A stretch of DNA of 64,000 nt from Euryarchaeota archaeon RBG_13_57_23 (GCA_001800675.1 MGVW01000035.1:6731-70730); one strand, 5' to 3'. Counted from the first letter of the stretch, positions 7,774-17,784 are shown. Notes: generated from the sequence alone by a model not told the origin. Program-made: numbers and translations.

Positions 7774-9240
7774 TCAGTCTAGCCCGTGGCTGCTGATATC
7801 TCTTTCGGCTTCCTTCACGATCCGCTCGAAATCTCTCGCGACATCGCTCGGAACAGGCTGCACGACATGCTCTTTCATGATCTTGGCCGCCTTCTCTCTC
7901 GCCCTGTCAACTACGGACTTCTTGCCATCCGCTTCCCATGTCTCTCCGGTCCTGCGGTCCGTTATGTCCGTCATGAAGTGTTCCTTGTGCAACCATTGCA
8001 TCGTGTGTCTCTCCGAGAGGAAGCTCCCTCCTGGACCGACCTTCTTTATGATGTCCACTGCCAGGTGGTCGTCGTCGATCGTGACGCCCTGGGCCAATCT
8101 TGCCATTATCCGTGCCATCTCGTCATCGATGACCATCTGCTCATACGAGAGCATGGTCACGTCGTCAAGGAGCCCAAGCCCGGCGATCATGTCACAGCCC
8201 GCGTAGAACTGCGGCATGCCGCTCGACATCTTCTCGTAGCACGCTTGAGGCCCAGGAAGCTTCGCCGAGGTCACGATGCCCCCGCAGAGAATCGAGAACC
8301 CGTAGTGGTGCGCGAGCTCTCCGGCTCCTGCGGATATCAGAGCCCTCTCGGGTCCGCCACCCGCCCAAGTCATGGTTCTCATGTCGAACGCTGCTCCGCC
8401 CGTGCCGTACATGAACGGCGACCCAGGTGCGGCCAGCTGGGCCATGGTGAGTCCTCCCAGGACCTCCGCGTTGTTAACTATGATGGATCCTGCGAGAGTC
8501 ACTGGTCCGGTTATGCCCGCCTGAGGCATCCCGTAGAACGAGATCGGCACCCCCGCGCGCGCTAGCTCGAGCGCTCCTTCCGTGGAGCCGCCATCGAGCT
8601 GCAAGGGCGAGAAGGGACAGTGCATCGAGGAGAAAATGGGCTTCCTCCGGAGGGCCTTCTTGTCCCCCGCAAGGGCTGCTCCGATCTCCACGAGCCATTT
8701 TGCCTCACGTCTGTGGCTTGTGGTCTCTACCTGCACGTGCTTTTCTATGCTAGATAGCGCCACCTTCAGGTCAACAACATGCCTGATGTAGTCCGGAACA
8801 TCCTGGCAGCTCACGCATGGCCAGAAGATATGCGCGGAGTCGAGGGCATTCGCGACCTTGCCGACAGTTGCGAGATCCTCGGTCGTGGACATCCTTCGCT
8901 TGCCCGTCCTGAAGTCCATCACGCTCGTTCCATTGCCATCAGTTGTGCAGTAAGTCCGCCTGCCGTCAAGGACCACGTTGTGTTTCGGAGTTCTCGAATA
9001 CAGCGTCAGATTCTTCTTCGCCTTATGAATCGCCTCTTCAACGAGGTTGCCTGGGATTTTGGCAATGCTCGTCTTGTGGTCGACCGAGCAACCCGCGTCC
9101 TCGAGCAGTCCGAGGCATTCCTTGCTGATCACCTTGATGCCCGCGTTCTCGAGGACGTCCAGCGTTCCCCAGTGCAATGAGCGCAGATCGCTCTTCTCGA
9201 ACATGCGGAACGCGATTTTCCCCTTCGGAAATCCTATCAT
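7774..9240 (-). CDS. Trimethylamine methyltransferase (MttB) superfamily, non-pyrrolysine
   Basis: SPLQLD, MPQAGITGPVTLAG, NAEVLGG, SAKLPGPQACYEK, YEQMVIDDE, VGPGGSFL; no in-frame amber codon. Confidence 0.9.
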   Translation of the reverse strand: MIGFPKGKIAFRMFEKSDLRSLHWGTLDVLENAGIKVISKECLGLLEDAGCSVDHKTSIAKIPGNLVEEAIHKAKKNLTLYSRTPKHNVVLDGRRTYCTTDGNGTSVMDFRTGKRRMSTTEDLATVGKVANALDSAHIFWPCVSCQDVPDYIRHVVDLKVALSSIEKHVQVETTSHRREAKWLVEIGAALAGDKKALRRKPIFSSMHCPFSPLQLDGGSTEGALELARAGVPISFYGMPQAGITGPVTLAGSIIVNNAEVLGGLTMAQLAAPGSPFMYGTGGAAFDMRTMTWAGGGPERALISAGAGELAHHYGFSILCGGIVTSAKLPGPQACYEKMSSGMPQFYAGCDMIAGLGLLDDVTMLSYEQMVIDDEMARIMARLAQGVTIDDDHLAVDIIKKVGPGGSFLSERHTMQWLHKEHFMTDITDRRTGETWEADGKKSVVDRAREKAAKIMKEHVVQPVPSDVARDFERIVKEAERDISSHGLD

Positions 9241-9456
9241 GTTTTGGCTCTCCTCAGGTCCTGTCTGTCAGGGCACAGCCGCCCTGGAGGACCAGATTTG
9301 TTCCTGTATTGACGCCAAGTATATAGTTAGTCGTGATTCGCGGGAATTCGTGTAGGGAGTGATGCGTGATGGCTTGCCCCTGCGAAATCGCGGCGTCCTC
9401 ACTCCCAAAAGGCTTTAATCGAACGAGAGATATGGGCGGACATCCAGCATGACTAT

Positions 9457-9541
9457 GCGGGGGTAGCCAAGCTCGGTCAACGGCGCCAGATTGAGGGTCT
9501 GGTCTCGCAGGAGTCCCTGAGTTCAAATCTCAGCCCCCGCA
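9457..9541 (+). tRNA. tRNA-Leu(GAG)
   Basis: Acceptor GCGGGGG/CCCCCGC, anticodon arm CCAGA-TTGAGGG-TCTGG, long variable arm, T-loop TTCAAAT. Confidence 0.95.
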
Positions 9542-9670
9542 CCTCACCCTCCGCCTCTTTTAGGTCATCAAACGGGCCGTGGAACCGGAACATTGATATC
9601 TAGTGCGATAGAATCTGATATATCGTCGCGCTACATAGTTTGTCCAGCAGAGCTCAATAATCGGTGCCGA

Positions 9671-10168
9671 ATGATCGCTTTAACACACTTGGTCGTCTGC
9701 CTTCTACTCATCGAGCTGATGCACCTCGACAGAAACGACGCTTTCGTCGCGTTGGTATTCGGCGTCTTCATTGATCTCGATCACCTGTTCGGGCTGAGAG
9801 ACTATGTCCAGGCAAACGGCGTGATGGCTGTCTTCGACATGGACGATATCGTCAACCCAGGGGGTCACTGGAAATCATTGATGCACAGTCCGATCGCGGT
9901 GATGGTCGTAGGACCAGTTTCCATCGCATCTCGTCTAGCCGTTCCACTTCTGTTCTGGGGAATACACGTTCTCATGGACATCGTTCAGGAGCAGGTGCTC
10001 GGTGTGCTGTCTACCCAGGAGTTCGTGTTTCTGTTCCTCGCTGCTGCTGGCCTGGTAACCATGAGATACGCCAGATGCATCGCTGCGGGGAGTGCCTCCA
10101 CGCTTGCCGAGTACTTGAGGTTCGAGGTCGGAGGAATAAAGGCATTGTCAAAGCCGCGCATTCTGTGA
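9671..10168 (+). CDS. Membrane protein, possible metal-dependent hydrolase (YdjM-like)
   Basis: Hydrophobic helices with H...IDLDH...SLMHS...HVLMD spacing. Confidence 0.6.
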   Translation: MIALTHLVVCLLLIELMHLDRNDAFVALVFGVFIDLDHLFGLRDYVQANGVMAVFDMDDIVNPGGHWKSLMHSPIAVMVVGPVSIASRLAVPLLFWGIHVLMDIVQEQVLGVLSTQEFVFLFLAAAGLVTMRYARCIAAGSASTLAEYLRFEVGGIKALSKPRIL

Positions 10169-10172
10169 TGGT

Positions 10173-11177
10173 TCAGCTAGCGCCTCGTTTCAACCGTCGG
10201 ACAACGTGTTCTGTGAAGCCTTTGGTGCCATGCCTGCCGCCGATGTCCATCGTGAGATGTCCCGAATCGTAGGTCGATTTCACAGCTTGTCTGATCATGG
10301 CTGCCTCGTTTCGCAACTTCAGGTGATCGAGCATCATCGCGCCCGCGAGGATTGTGGCAGTTGGGTTGGCAACGGCCTTGCCAGCGATATCGAGAGCGGA
10401 GCCGTGTGCCGGCTCGAACACGGAATGAACTTTGCCCAAGTTGCCAGAGGGTGCGAATCCGAGCCCACCTGCGGTCCCAGCAGCAACGTCGGAGAGGATG
10501 TCGCCGTAGAGGTTCAGTGTGACAACGACATCGAACTCGTGCGGACTGTTCACGAGCTTCATGGCAGCGGAGTCAACGAGCTGCTCCCTAGCTTCCAGCT
10601 CCCTGCCCTCGGATGCCATCAGCTCTCTGAATACGCTCACGAAAAGTCCATCTGAAGCCCTGAGCACGTTCGATTTGTGCACACAGCAGATGCTCTTTCG
10701 GGCGTTCTTCAACGAGTAGTCGATTGCGAATCTGACGATTCTCTCCGACGCAGCCCTCGTGACCCGTCTAAGAGTCGTCACCCCTTTGTCATCATACTGC
10801 TCGTTCTGCGTGTAGAGGCCTTCCGTGTTTTCCCGGACCATCACGACGTCAATGGAAGGCCTTCCTGCAAGCTTGACATAGTTCTTGACTGGTCTGAGGT
10901 TCGCAAACAGGTCGAGCTCTTTCCGGAACCTGAGAACGGGCGACGCATCAGCCATTGAATCCGACGAGGTTACTGCTCCGAAGAGCGCGCTATCGCATTT
11001 CCTCAATAGGTCGAGGGTCTCGTCAGGCATTGTGCTTCCGACCTTCCCGAATGCGCTCTGCCCGATCTCAGCATATTCGAACTCGAGTTCGTCGGTCACT
11101 GCTTTCAAGACCGCGACCGCTGATTCGACGACCTCCGGGCCGATTCCGTCTCCTGGCAAAACACAGATGCGTTTCAT
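10173..11177 (-). CDS. Isopropylmalate/homoisocitrate dehydrogenase family protein
   Basis: PGDGIGPEV, LFANLRP, RENTEGLY, HKSNVL, NLYGDILSD, FEPAHGS; substrate not resolvable. Confidence 0.9.
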   Translation of the reverse strand: MKRICVLPGDGIGPEVVESAVAVLKAVTDELEFEYAEIGQSAFGKVGSTMPDETLDLLRKCDSALFGAVTSSDSMADASPVLRFRKELDLFANLRPVKNYVKLAGRPSIDVVMVRENTEGLYTQNEQYDDKGVTTLRRVTRAASERIVRFAIDYSLKNARKSICCVHKSNVLRASDGLFVSVFRELMASEGRELEAREQLVDSAAMKLVNSPHEFDVVVTLNLYGDILSDVAAGTAGGLGFAPSGNLGKVHSVFEPAHGSALDIAGKAVANPTATILAGAMMLDHLKLRNEAAMIRQAVKSTYDSGHLTMDIGGRHGTKGFTEHVVRRLKRGAS

Positions 11178-11184
11178 GGCGACA

Positions 11185-12252
11185 TTACTCTTGGATCATC
11201 TTCGCCAGGTCTACAAAGTGCTTCTCCATCCTGGCGATTCTCTTCCTGCTGTCGTGGATATCCTTCTCCATCTTGGCAGTCATTCTGCGCATCTCATCGA
11301 CGAGGGTCAGGGCCTCCTTCTCTAGGCTCTGGATCTTGGAGTCGTGTTCGATTGACCTGCCAAGGTGGTCCTCGATGCGTCTTTCCAGGTCTGCCTGCCG
11401 TTCCTTCTCAGCGGTCTTGGAGAAGTAGCTCTCCACTTTCGAGTTCAACATTGTGAGTATGTTCGAGACCTTCTCGAGCTGTTTCTCGAGCCTGTCCACC
11501 CGCTCTTGTACCTCGGCCGCTAGGGCCGTTTCGTCTTCGGTCGAGGCGGTTTTCTCCACCTCGAAGATGCGGTTCTCAATCATCTCGAGTTTGTTCTCTA
11601 TCCCGGTCACGTTCTTGATGCCGTCTGAGATGCTCTCCAGCAATTCCTTGTCGGGGAAGTCGATGGTGACACTGTCTGCACCTGGCACATATGTCTTGAG
11701 CGACTGGAGAGTCGCGATAGCGTCTACCGTCGGGAAACCCTGTTTCACGCGAGATTCGAGGCTCCTGAGCGTCGTTACGATCTCCGTGCCTGATCTGCCC
11801 AGCCATGGGTTCGCCTTGACCATTCTCATGACATTCTCGATGGTCCCCTCGAGTTCAGCACCGCTCTTGGACAATTCCGACTTGTCGAGCAGCCTCACGT
11901 CCCTGTGCGCGTCCCGTCTGCCACGTTTGTTCCAGTCCCCTAAGGAGCGCCCCTCGAACGGAAAGAATCCGGCGAAATGGTCAACTCCCTTGACGATGAG
12001 CTCCTGTACGTTGTCCCAGTCTTTCGTGCCGCTCTCGACCTTCAACTCCTGCGAGGAATTGAAGATCATGCAAATGCAGCCATTCGGGAGGTAGATACAC
12101 CTGATGAGGTATGGGGCCTCTTGGGCGAACTTCGGAGGTGTCTGTGGCTTCTTCTCTCCGACGGCCTCCATGTATGATTTGAAGTACTCCTTCGCGAAGG
12201 CCGCAAGGTCCTGCGCTGACGGTATCTCGGGGCCGATGTCCCGCGGGTTCAT
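11185..12252 (-). CDS. Hypothetical protein with C-terminal coiled coil
   Basis: 355 aa; E/K/L-rich heptads in the C-terminal half; ends 7 nt upstream of the dehydrogenase. Confidence 0.75.
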   Translation of the reverse strand: MNPRDIGPEIPSAQDLAAFAKEYFKSYMEAVGEKKPQTPPKFAQEAPYLIRCIYLPNGCICMIFNSSQELKVESGTKDWDNVQELIVKGVDHFAGFFPFEGRSLGDWNKRGRRDAHRDVRLLDKSELSKSGAELEGTIENVMRMVKANPWLGRSGTEIVTTLRSLESRVKQGFPTVDAIATLQSLKTYVPGADSVTIDFPDKELLESISDGIKNVTGIENKLEMIENRIFEVEKTASTEDETALAAEVQERVDRLEKQLEKVSNILTMLNSKVESYFSKTAEKERQADLERRIEDHLGRSIEHDSKIQSLEKEALTLVDEMRRMTAKMEKDIHDSRKRIARMEKHFVDLAKMIQE

Positions 12253-12297
12253 CTGAAGCGTTCCTCTGTCTGGTATGGCGTATTTGTGCGGAGGTTA

Positions 12298-13251
12298 TTA
12301 ATGCCTTCCCGGACGGCCACTTGACAGGACCGAACCGACCAACATCGGGAGCGTGATTGTGGCATCACCCTCCACGGTGATGTACTGGGCGTTCTCCTTC
12401 ACCTTTCCCCAGCTGACGGCCTCCCGTATCCTGGCTCCGGAGAGGGATCCGTCCCACTCCTCCGCAGTCGTGAGGTATACTGCGTACTCCATGCCGCCCC
12501 TGAATTGGTTCCACCAGATGACGTGATGCTTCGAAATGCCTCCTCCGAGCATGATCGCGCCGGTCTTTTTCGCGGTGAACACAATGTCAGAGAGATCCTG
12601 CTCGTCCTTCATCACATCAACATTGAAGTCAGAGTGCTGCTGCTTGAAAAGCCAGAGCTGAGACCCGAATGCCCCGTCCGTGATTCCAGGCACAAATATC
12701 GGGATGTCGTTCTTTGCCGCCCAATACAATATGGATTTTCTGTCGGTGAGCCTCTTTCCGAACTCATATGCTAGCTCCCTGCTCGAGAGGATCTTCTTCC
12801 CTGACTTGTATATCTCGTCCAGGATTGGCTGCATCTTCTGCTCTAGGACGATTCCATAGCTCTCGTTCGGGATCAGGATGTTGCCCAGTCTGTTGATGCC
12901 TTTCCTGTGAAGGTCTGCGTCGTCCATTAGGAAATCGCCGTGGTAGTATTTTCGCCACACTCTGGCCAGGTCGTGATCGAGCATGCCGCAGGTCGTTATG
13001 ATCACGTCCACCAGCTTGTCCTCGACGAGCTTCCTTATGACGCCCCTCGTGCCGGTAGAGATGATGCATGCTGGAAACGAGAGGAAGATCGTGCACTCCT
13101 TCTCCTGAAACATCTTGCGGACTATGTCGCACGCTACCCCCAGTTTCTTCGCGGTGAAGCCCCCAGAGGCGAGCATCTGTGCGGTAAGATCTTTGACGTT
13201 CATGTCAGCATCAATTTCGATGTCCGTGATCGGCTTGAGTTTCATCTGCAT
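12298..13251 (-). CDS. dys: Deoxyhypusine synthase
   Basis: GGFTAKKL, ISTGTRG, INRLGN, PGITDG, GGGISKHH, DGSLSGA, EAVSWGK, GDATI. Confidence 0.95.
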   Translation of the reverse strand: MQMKLKPITDIEIDADMNVKDLTAQMLASGGFTAKKLGVACDIVRKMFQEKECTIFLSFPACIISTGTRGVIRKLVEDKLVDVIITTCGMLDHDLARVWRKYYHGDFLMDDADLHRKGINRLGNILIPNESYGIVLEQKMQPILDEIYKSGKKILSSRELAYEFGKRLTDRKSILYWAAKNDIPIFVPGITDGAFGSQLWLFKQQHSDFNVDVMKDEQDLSDIVFTAKKTGAIMLGGGISKHHVIWWNQFRGGMEYAVYLTTAEEWDGSLSGARIREAVSWGKVKENAQYITVEGDATITLPMLVGSVLSSGRPGRH

Positions 13252-13338
13252 ACCATCAACACCTGGACTGAGCGGCGTTCCGAGAGAACCTGCCGAAAAC
13301 ATTTATAACTTTCCAGGCGATGTTCAGTTTGAACCGCT

Positions 13339-13818
13339 ATGCTGAAAGTCAGAGACGTCATGACATCACCAGTGGTCTCGATCAGCCCCGACACTTCCGT
13401 GAAGGACGCATCGGCGCTCCTTGCTCAGAAGAACGTCTCTGGCCTGCCGGTCGTCGACGGTGACCGCGTCGTGGGCATCTTCAGTGAAGCGGACGTCCTT
13501 CGCTCGATGAAAACTATGAAGAAGGACCTACGGCTCGTCTATCCATCGATATCATCCCTTGGCATCGCATTCCAGGAGGAGGTCACCCAGCGCGAGATCA
13601 TCGAGGCCTACAACGAAATTGGCAGGATGCCAGTGAAGCAGGTGATGTCTTCCAATGTGGTGACAGTCACTCCGGATGAAGCCATCAACGAGGCAATCGC
13701 CAGCATGGTTCACAGGGGGATAAACCGTCTGCCGGTTGTCGAGAAGAATAGGCTGGTGGGGATCATCACGAGGGGCGATGTGATAAGGGGCCTCGCAAAG
13801 GAAGGGTCTACCCGCTGA
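13339..13818 (+). CDS. CBS-domain pair protein
   Basis: VRDVMT...SGLPVVD..VGIFSEAD and INRLPVV..LVGIITRGD. Confidence 0.9.
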   Translation: MLKVRDVMTSPVVSISPDTSVKDASALLAQKNVSGLPVVDGDRVVGIFSEADVLRSMKTMKKDLRLVYPSISSLGIAFQEEVTQREIIEAYNEIGRMPVKQVMSSNVVTVTPDEAINEAIASMVHRGINRLPVVEKNRLVGIITRGDVIRGLAKEGSTR

Positions 13819-13845
13819 GGTTCCCGCATCCGATGAGGTCTACAT

Positions 13846-15396
13846 TCACCATCTGATCAGGCGCCTTTTTCTCGCGCCGGGCGCGGTGGCCGTAGCGTCC
13901 TCGGCCGGTTGCGCTGCAGGCTGCCCAGGTCCGGCGGTTGATGTTGTCACCGAAATCGGCTGGGGTGATCCGGTCTCCGGAGGGTTTGGCGCCTGGATCA
14001 TGAATCCGCATGTGAGGCATTTCCTGGAAGTGTTCGGATAGTCGTACAAGGACTCCTGACTGCACTTCTCGCACTTGGTCCCATCGACGTGCTTGATCGT
14101 GCCTAGCTCGAGGCGTTTGTTGTCCATATCCTTCTCGATTCTGTGGATAGTGTCCTTGATGTATCGGCCGAATTTCGAGGCATTCACTGGATCTTTGTTC
14201 ATTATCGCGGCCTTTGCCATCACCATCTTTGCCTGGGCATCTTTGACGTCGAAGCCGTACGACGCGGCTTCCGTGAGGATAGGTTCGCATTCCACGACCC
14301 ACGCAGTCGCCTTCTGCAGCTGAACTACCTCGAGTTCTCTGCGTCTTCTTAGCATCTCCACATGGTGGCCGTCCAACGCTCTGTCAACGGAGGCCAGCAG
14401 CTCGACGGTCTTTTTGAACGAACCGTCTTCATACGCCTTTCTGGCATCTCCTATGTTCGTCTCAACCACGGCCGTGTCGGCACCGAGTTCCTTCGCCTCC
14501 GCTGCGGAGGCAGCGATCAGATGGAATATGCCGCCAATTTCCCGGACTCGGTCCTGCTTGGCGACCTTAGCCCTCTGCCTCGCCTCGTTGACATATCTGG
14601 AATATTCCTCCATGTTGAACGTCTGTTTCGCGCTCGCAGCTATCTCCAGGTATCTTCTGGATTCCTCGGTGCGCGTGCCGAAAGATTCGTAGTCCAAGAG
14701 CATGTTCTTGAGGTCGAGCTCGTCTCCCTCGGTGTGCTTCACGAAGGCGTCGTAAGTCTTGGCGGCTAGTGATTCCAGACTCTCCAATGCCTCCTCCCTC
14801 TGTCTCGGGGGTCCAGTAAGGAAAGCCCGCTTCGCGGCGGTGACCGCAATCTTGAGTGATGAATCTGTCTTCGGCATGCTGTCCGGCAATCTGGCCAAGA
14901 GCTCATCGACGGCGCGTATCGCGAGGGCGGCAGAATAGACCTGGAACGTGCTGAAGTTGTCGAGGCACTTCAGTCTGGCCTCTCGATTCGTTTTGATGGC
15001 CTCGTTGAAGTCCCCGATGAGCATCCTGTTCATCGCGCTCTCGGTCATGGAATCGACGTCAAAGAAAGATGGCCTCATCGTCAGGGCTTCGTCGATGTGC
15101 CTCTCGACCAGTGCTTCGTCATGCGATGGCATCTCTGTCGGCTCAAGTGGTCTAGCTGCTATCTCTTCGAGGTCTTTGCCTATCTCTTTCAGCTCCTCGG
15201 AGGGTTTCCCTTCCTCGGCTTTTGCTTTCGCAAGGACTTTTCTCACCTGTTCTTCTGTGATCTTCTTGCTCTTTATCTTGGAAACGTAGTCCTTCTTGTA
15301 TTTGCAGGATGACACGTCGATCTTGTATTCTGCGGCTACAGCTTTCAGTTTCCAGATGGGCAAGTCGTTCAAGAAGTGAGCCGGATCCGAGGGCAT
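13846..15396 (-). CDS. Hypothetical helical protein with HeH/Rho-N-like N-terminus and C-terminal Zn ribbon
   Basis: N-terminal LNDLPIWKLKAVAAEYKI..KKDYVSKI, long helical body, CEKC..CLTCG, Pro/Ala/Thr tail. Confidence 0.75.
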   Translation of the reverse strand: MPSDPAHFLNDLPIWKLKAVAAEYKIDVSSCKYKKDYVSKIKSKKITEEQVRKVLAKAKAEEGKPSEELKEIGKDLEEIAARPLEPTEMPSHDEALVERHIDEALTMRPSFFDVDSMTESAMNRMLIGDFNEAIKTNREARLKCLDNFSTFQVYSAALAIRAVDELLARLPDSMPKTDSSLKIAVTAAKRAFLTGPPRQREEALESLESLAAKTYDAFVKHTEGDELDLKNMLLDYESFGTRTEESRRYLEIAASAKQTFNMEEYSRYVNEARQRAKVAKQDRVREIGGIFHLIAASAAEAKELGADTAVVETNIGDARKAYEDGSFKKTVELLASVDRALDGHHVEMLRRRRELEVVQLQKATAWVVECEPILTEAASYGFDVKDAQAKMVMAKAAIMNKDPVNASKFGRYIKDTIHRIEKDMDNKRLELGTIKHVDGTKCEKCSQESLYDYPNTSRKCLTCGFMIQAPNPPETGSPQPISVTTSTAGPGQPAAQPAEDATATAPGARKRRLIRW

Positions 15397-15508
15397 GGGT
15401 ATCTCCTGCTCTTCTCAGCCTTATCCTAGTAGATGCCTATTAACTCTTTCGAAGAACGCGTACACCACGGGAAAAACCTAAGTACCAGCGTCAGCATCGA
15501 AGCTGGGT

Positions 15509-16471
15509 ATGGGAGCAGCTGAGGAGAAGCTCGCAGTTGCCAAGCTATCTGTCTATTCCAACTGCACCCTTGTGATTCTCAAGCTTGTCGCAGGGTTTCT
15601 CATGATGTCCGTGGCCGTCATGTCGGAGGCCATCCATTCGGGAATCGACCTTCTCGCGGCTATGATTGCGCGATATTCCGTCAAGAAATCGTCTGAGCCC
15701 GCAGACAAGGATCACACCTACGGCCACGGAAAGTACGAGAACCTCTCGGGCATGATCGAGGGGGCTCTGATATTCGTGGCTGCAGTCTGGATCATGTACG
15801 AAGCTGCCAAGCGCCTCATGGTCAGGGAATTCGAGGTAGAGCTTCTCGAAACTGGCATGGTGATCATGGGATTGTCGGCGGTGTTGAACTTCTACGTGTC
15901 TTCGAGACTGATGAAGGTCGCGAAGCGCACGGATTCGTTGGCCCTCGAAGCAGACGCGTATCATCTCAAGACGGATGTCTGGACCTCTGTGGGCGTTTTC
16001 GTCGCTTTGGCTCTGATATGGGTGACCGACATCCATCTGATAGACCCCGTTGTGGCCATCATCGTTGCCGGCTTCATAATACACGCAGCCTATGACATCA
16101 CGAGCAGATCCGCGGAAGGTCTTCTGGACAGGAGCCTGCCCGAAGAGGAGATGCGCCTAATAGAGAGGGTCATCGAAGAGCACCGTTCGGACATACTGGG
16201 TTATCACAGACTGAGGGCGAGGAAGATGGGGGCCGAGAGGCAAGTCGATGTGCACATGATAGTGCCGCGCAACCTCAGCGTGAAGGACGGGCATGATCTG
16301 GTGGATCACCTGGAACGGGAGATTAGAAAGGAGCTGCCCAGGTGCGTCGTCGTCATACACATGGAACCTTGTGATGCGAAATGTGAGGAATGCAGGAAGG
16401 CTCCGCCTCCGAACCAACTTATGATCGAGGGGGCTGACGAGAAGGGCTCAGACTGCAGGCCGAAGCATTGA
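15509..16471 (+). CDS. Cation diffusion facilitator (FieF/CzcD family)
   Basis: SEAIHSGID, ADKDHTYGHGKYE, ADAYHLKTD, DVHM..GH..IHMEP. Confidence 0.92.
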   Translation: MGAAEEKLAVAKLSVYSNCTLVILKLVAGFLMMSVAVMSEAIHSGIDLLAAMIARYSVKKSSEPADKDHTYGHGKYENLSGMIEGALIFVAAVWIMYEAAKRLMVREFEVELLETGMVIMGLSAVLNFYVSSRLMKVAKRTDSLALEADAYHLKTDVWTSVGVFVALALIWVTDIHLIDPVVAIIVAGFIIHAAYDITSRSAEGLLDRSLPEEEMRLIERVIEEHRSDILGYHRLRARKMGAERQVDVHMIVPRNLSVKDGHDLVDHLEREIRKELPRCVVVIHMEPCDAKCEECRKAPPPNQLMIEGADEKGSDCRPKH

Positions 16472-17032
16472 CCTCTCCCTGAGCAGCCTCTCGACTTCTC
16501 GGAAAGGCCCCTTGCCGTCTTCGCTATTGTCGACGGTCACCCATTCGCTAGATGCGAGCTGTTGGGCGACCTTCCGCATGGCTTCGAGTTTGTCAAGAGT
16601 CTCGAACATCTCATGGGCAAGACCCCTGGCAGCGATCCTTCTCATAGCCACTTTCGGTTCGATATCGATGAACAACGCGAGGTCGGGGAATGGGAGGTAC
16701 TTCCTGAAGAATCTGTATCCAAAGGGAGCAAGGTGCCTCGGGAGATACGCCGTTCCCATCAGGTATCTCACGAAGATCACGGTCTCTCCCTCGACGCCCT
16801 TGAGCCACCTCACGGACCAGAGTATGTCCGCTGTGAAAAACAGAGTGGCAAAAAACCTCGCGACCGACCCCGTGCCTCTGAGGAATCTCTTGGACATGCG
16901 ACCGAAGAATCGTTTCGACGGATGGGAGACGAGGATGACTCTGGTTCCCTCCGATTCGAGCAGGGTCCGAATCCTTTCTGCGTGAGTATCCTTGCCAGAG
17001 CCGTCCAGCCCATCCACAACAATGAGCCTCAG
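16448..17032 (-). CDS. Thymidylate-kinase-like NMP kinase
   Basis: P-loop IVVDGLDGSGKDT, HP motif, FVRY in place of DRY, PDLALFID, EMFE. Start uncertain (CTG 17032 or ATG 17134). Confidence 0.8.
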   Translation of the reverse strand: MRLIVVDGLDGSGKDTHAERIRTLLESEGTRVILVSHPSKRFFGRMSKRFLRGTGSVARFFATLFFTADILWSVRWLKGVEGETVIFVRYLMGTAYLPRHLAPFGYRFFRKYLPFPDLALFIDIEPKVAMRRIAARGLAHEMFETLDKLEAMRKVAQQLASSEWVTVDNSEDGKGPFREVERLLRERSMLRPAV

Positions 17033-17034
17033 CG

Positions 17035-17727
17035 CTAAACCCCCAATCCGTGTAAGAACGCAGCGACCACCAACGGGATTACTAGGTTGTCCACGGACCC
17101 TGGGGTCACTGCTTCCAGGCAAGCTATGAAACATGAGATCGAAACCGCGAAAAGGGTCGGAGCGTATGGCACTGTCCCACCCGGGTACGCTATCAGGTCG
17201 AAGTAGAACCAGAGCAGGACTAGGATGCCAAGCAGAGTGGCGGCGAATACAGCTGCTGTGCCCTCGAGGCTTCTATTGGAGTAGTAGTGGTGTTTGCCGT
17301 ATTTCCTTCCGATGAGCTCCCCCATTCCATCTCCGAACGACATGGCGGCTATCGCGACTGAGGCCGCAAAGAGGTCGTCGAACAGCATGTACGCTATAAT
17401 CGTCCACGAGATTGCGTACATCACGAGGCCATACGGATGTCCTTCTGACGACCTTGTTCCCAGTGGGCCCTGGCGCAGGAACTTGATGGGTGATCTGGGA
17501 GTTGCGAGCAGGAGCAAGGGCACGAAAGGAAAGGCGGCCAGACCTGCCATAACCAGTCGAGTGTCGAAACTCCACCAAAAGAACACGATCCCGCCTGTCA
17601 GGATGTGCACGAGCTTGCGGGGGTTACCGACACGGTCCTTCAGCACGTAGGAGAGTGCCACGACCGAGAGCACATACCCGTAGACCCCAACCAATCCTAG
17701 GATGTCGCCTTCCGTCAACAGGTCCAC
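17035..17727 (-). CDS. CTP-dependent polyprenol (dolichol/phytol) kinase family membrane protein
   Basis: RKLVHILTG, GDGMGELIG, RSLEG, EAVTPGSVDNL; multiple TM helices. Confidence 0.85.
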   Translation of the reverse strand: MDLLTEGDILGLVGVYGYVLSVVALSYVLKDRVGNPRKLVHILTGGIVFFWWSFDTRLVMAGLAAFPFVPLLLLATPRSPIKFLRQGPLGTRSSEGHPYGLVMYAISWTIIAYMLFDDLFAASVAIAAMSFGDGMGELIGRKYGKHHYYSNRSLEGTAAVFAATLLGILVLLWFYFDLIAYPGGTVPYAPTLFAVSISCFIACLEAVTPGSVDNLVIPLVVAAFLHGLGV

Positions 17728-17784
17728 GCTGACGGATTATCCTCAGTGCTAGCTTATACTTTTGCAGATAGCGGGGCTGTCGGG

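Noticed and set aside
7774..9240. Pyrrolysine recoding or methanogenesis
   Set aside because: No in-frame TAG, and no pyl or mcr genes in the window.
9355..9406. Inverted repeat GGGAGTGA...TCACTCCC between mttB and tRNA-Leu
   Set aside because: Only 8 bp, a single copy, no target duplication; not enough to call a MITE or ncRNA.
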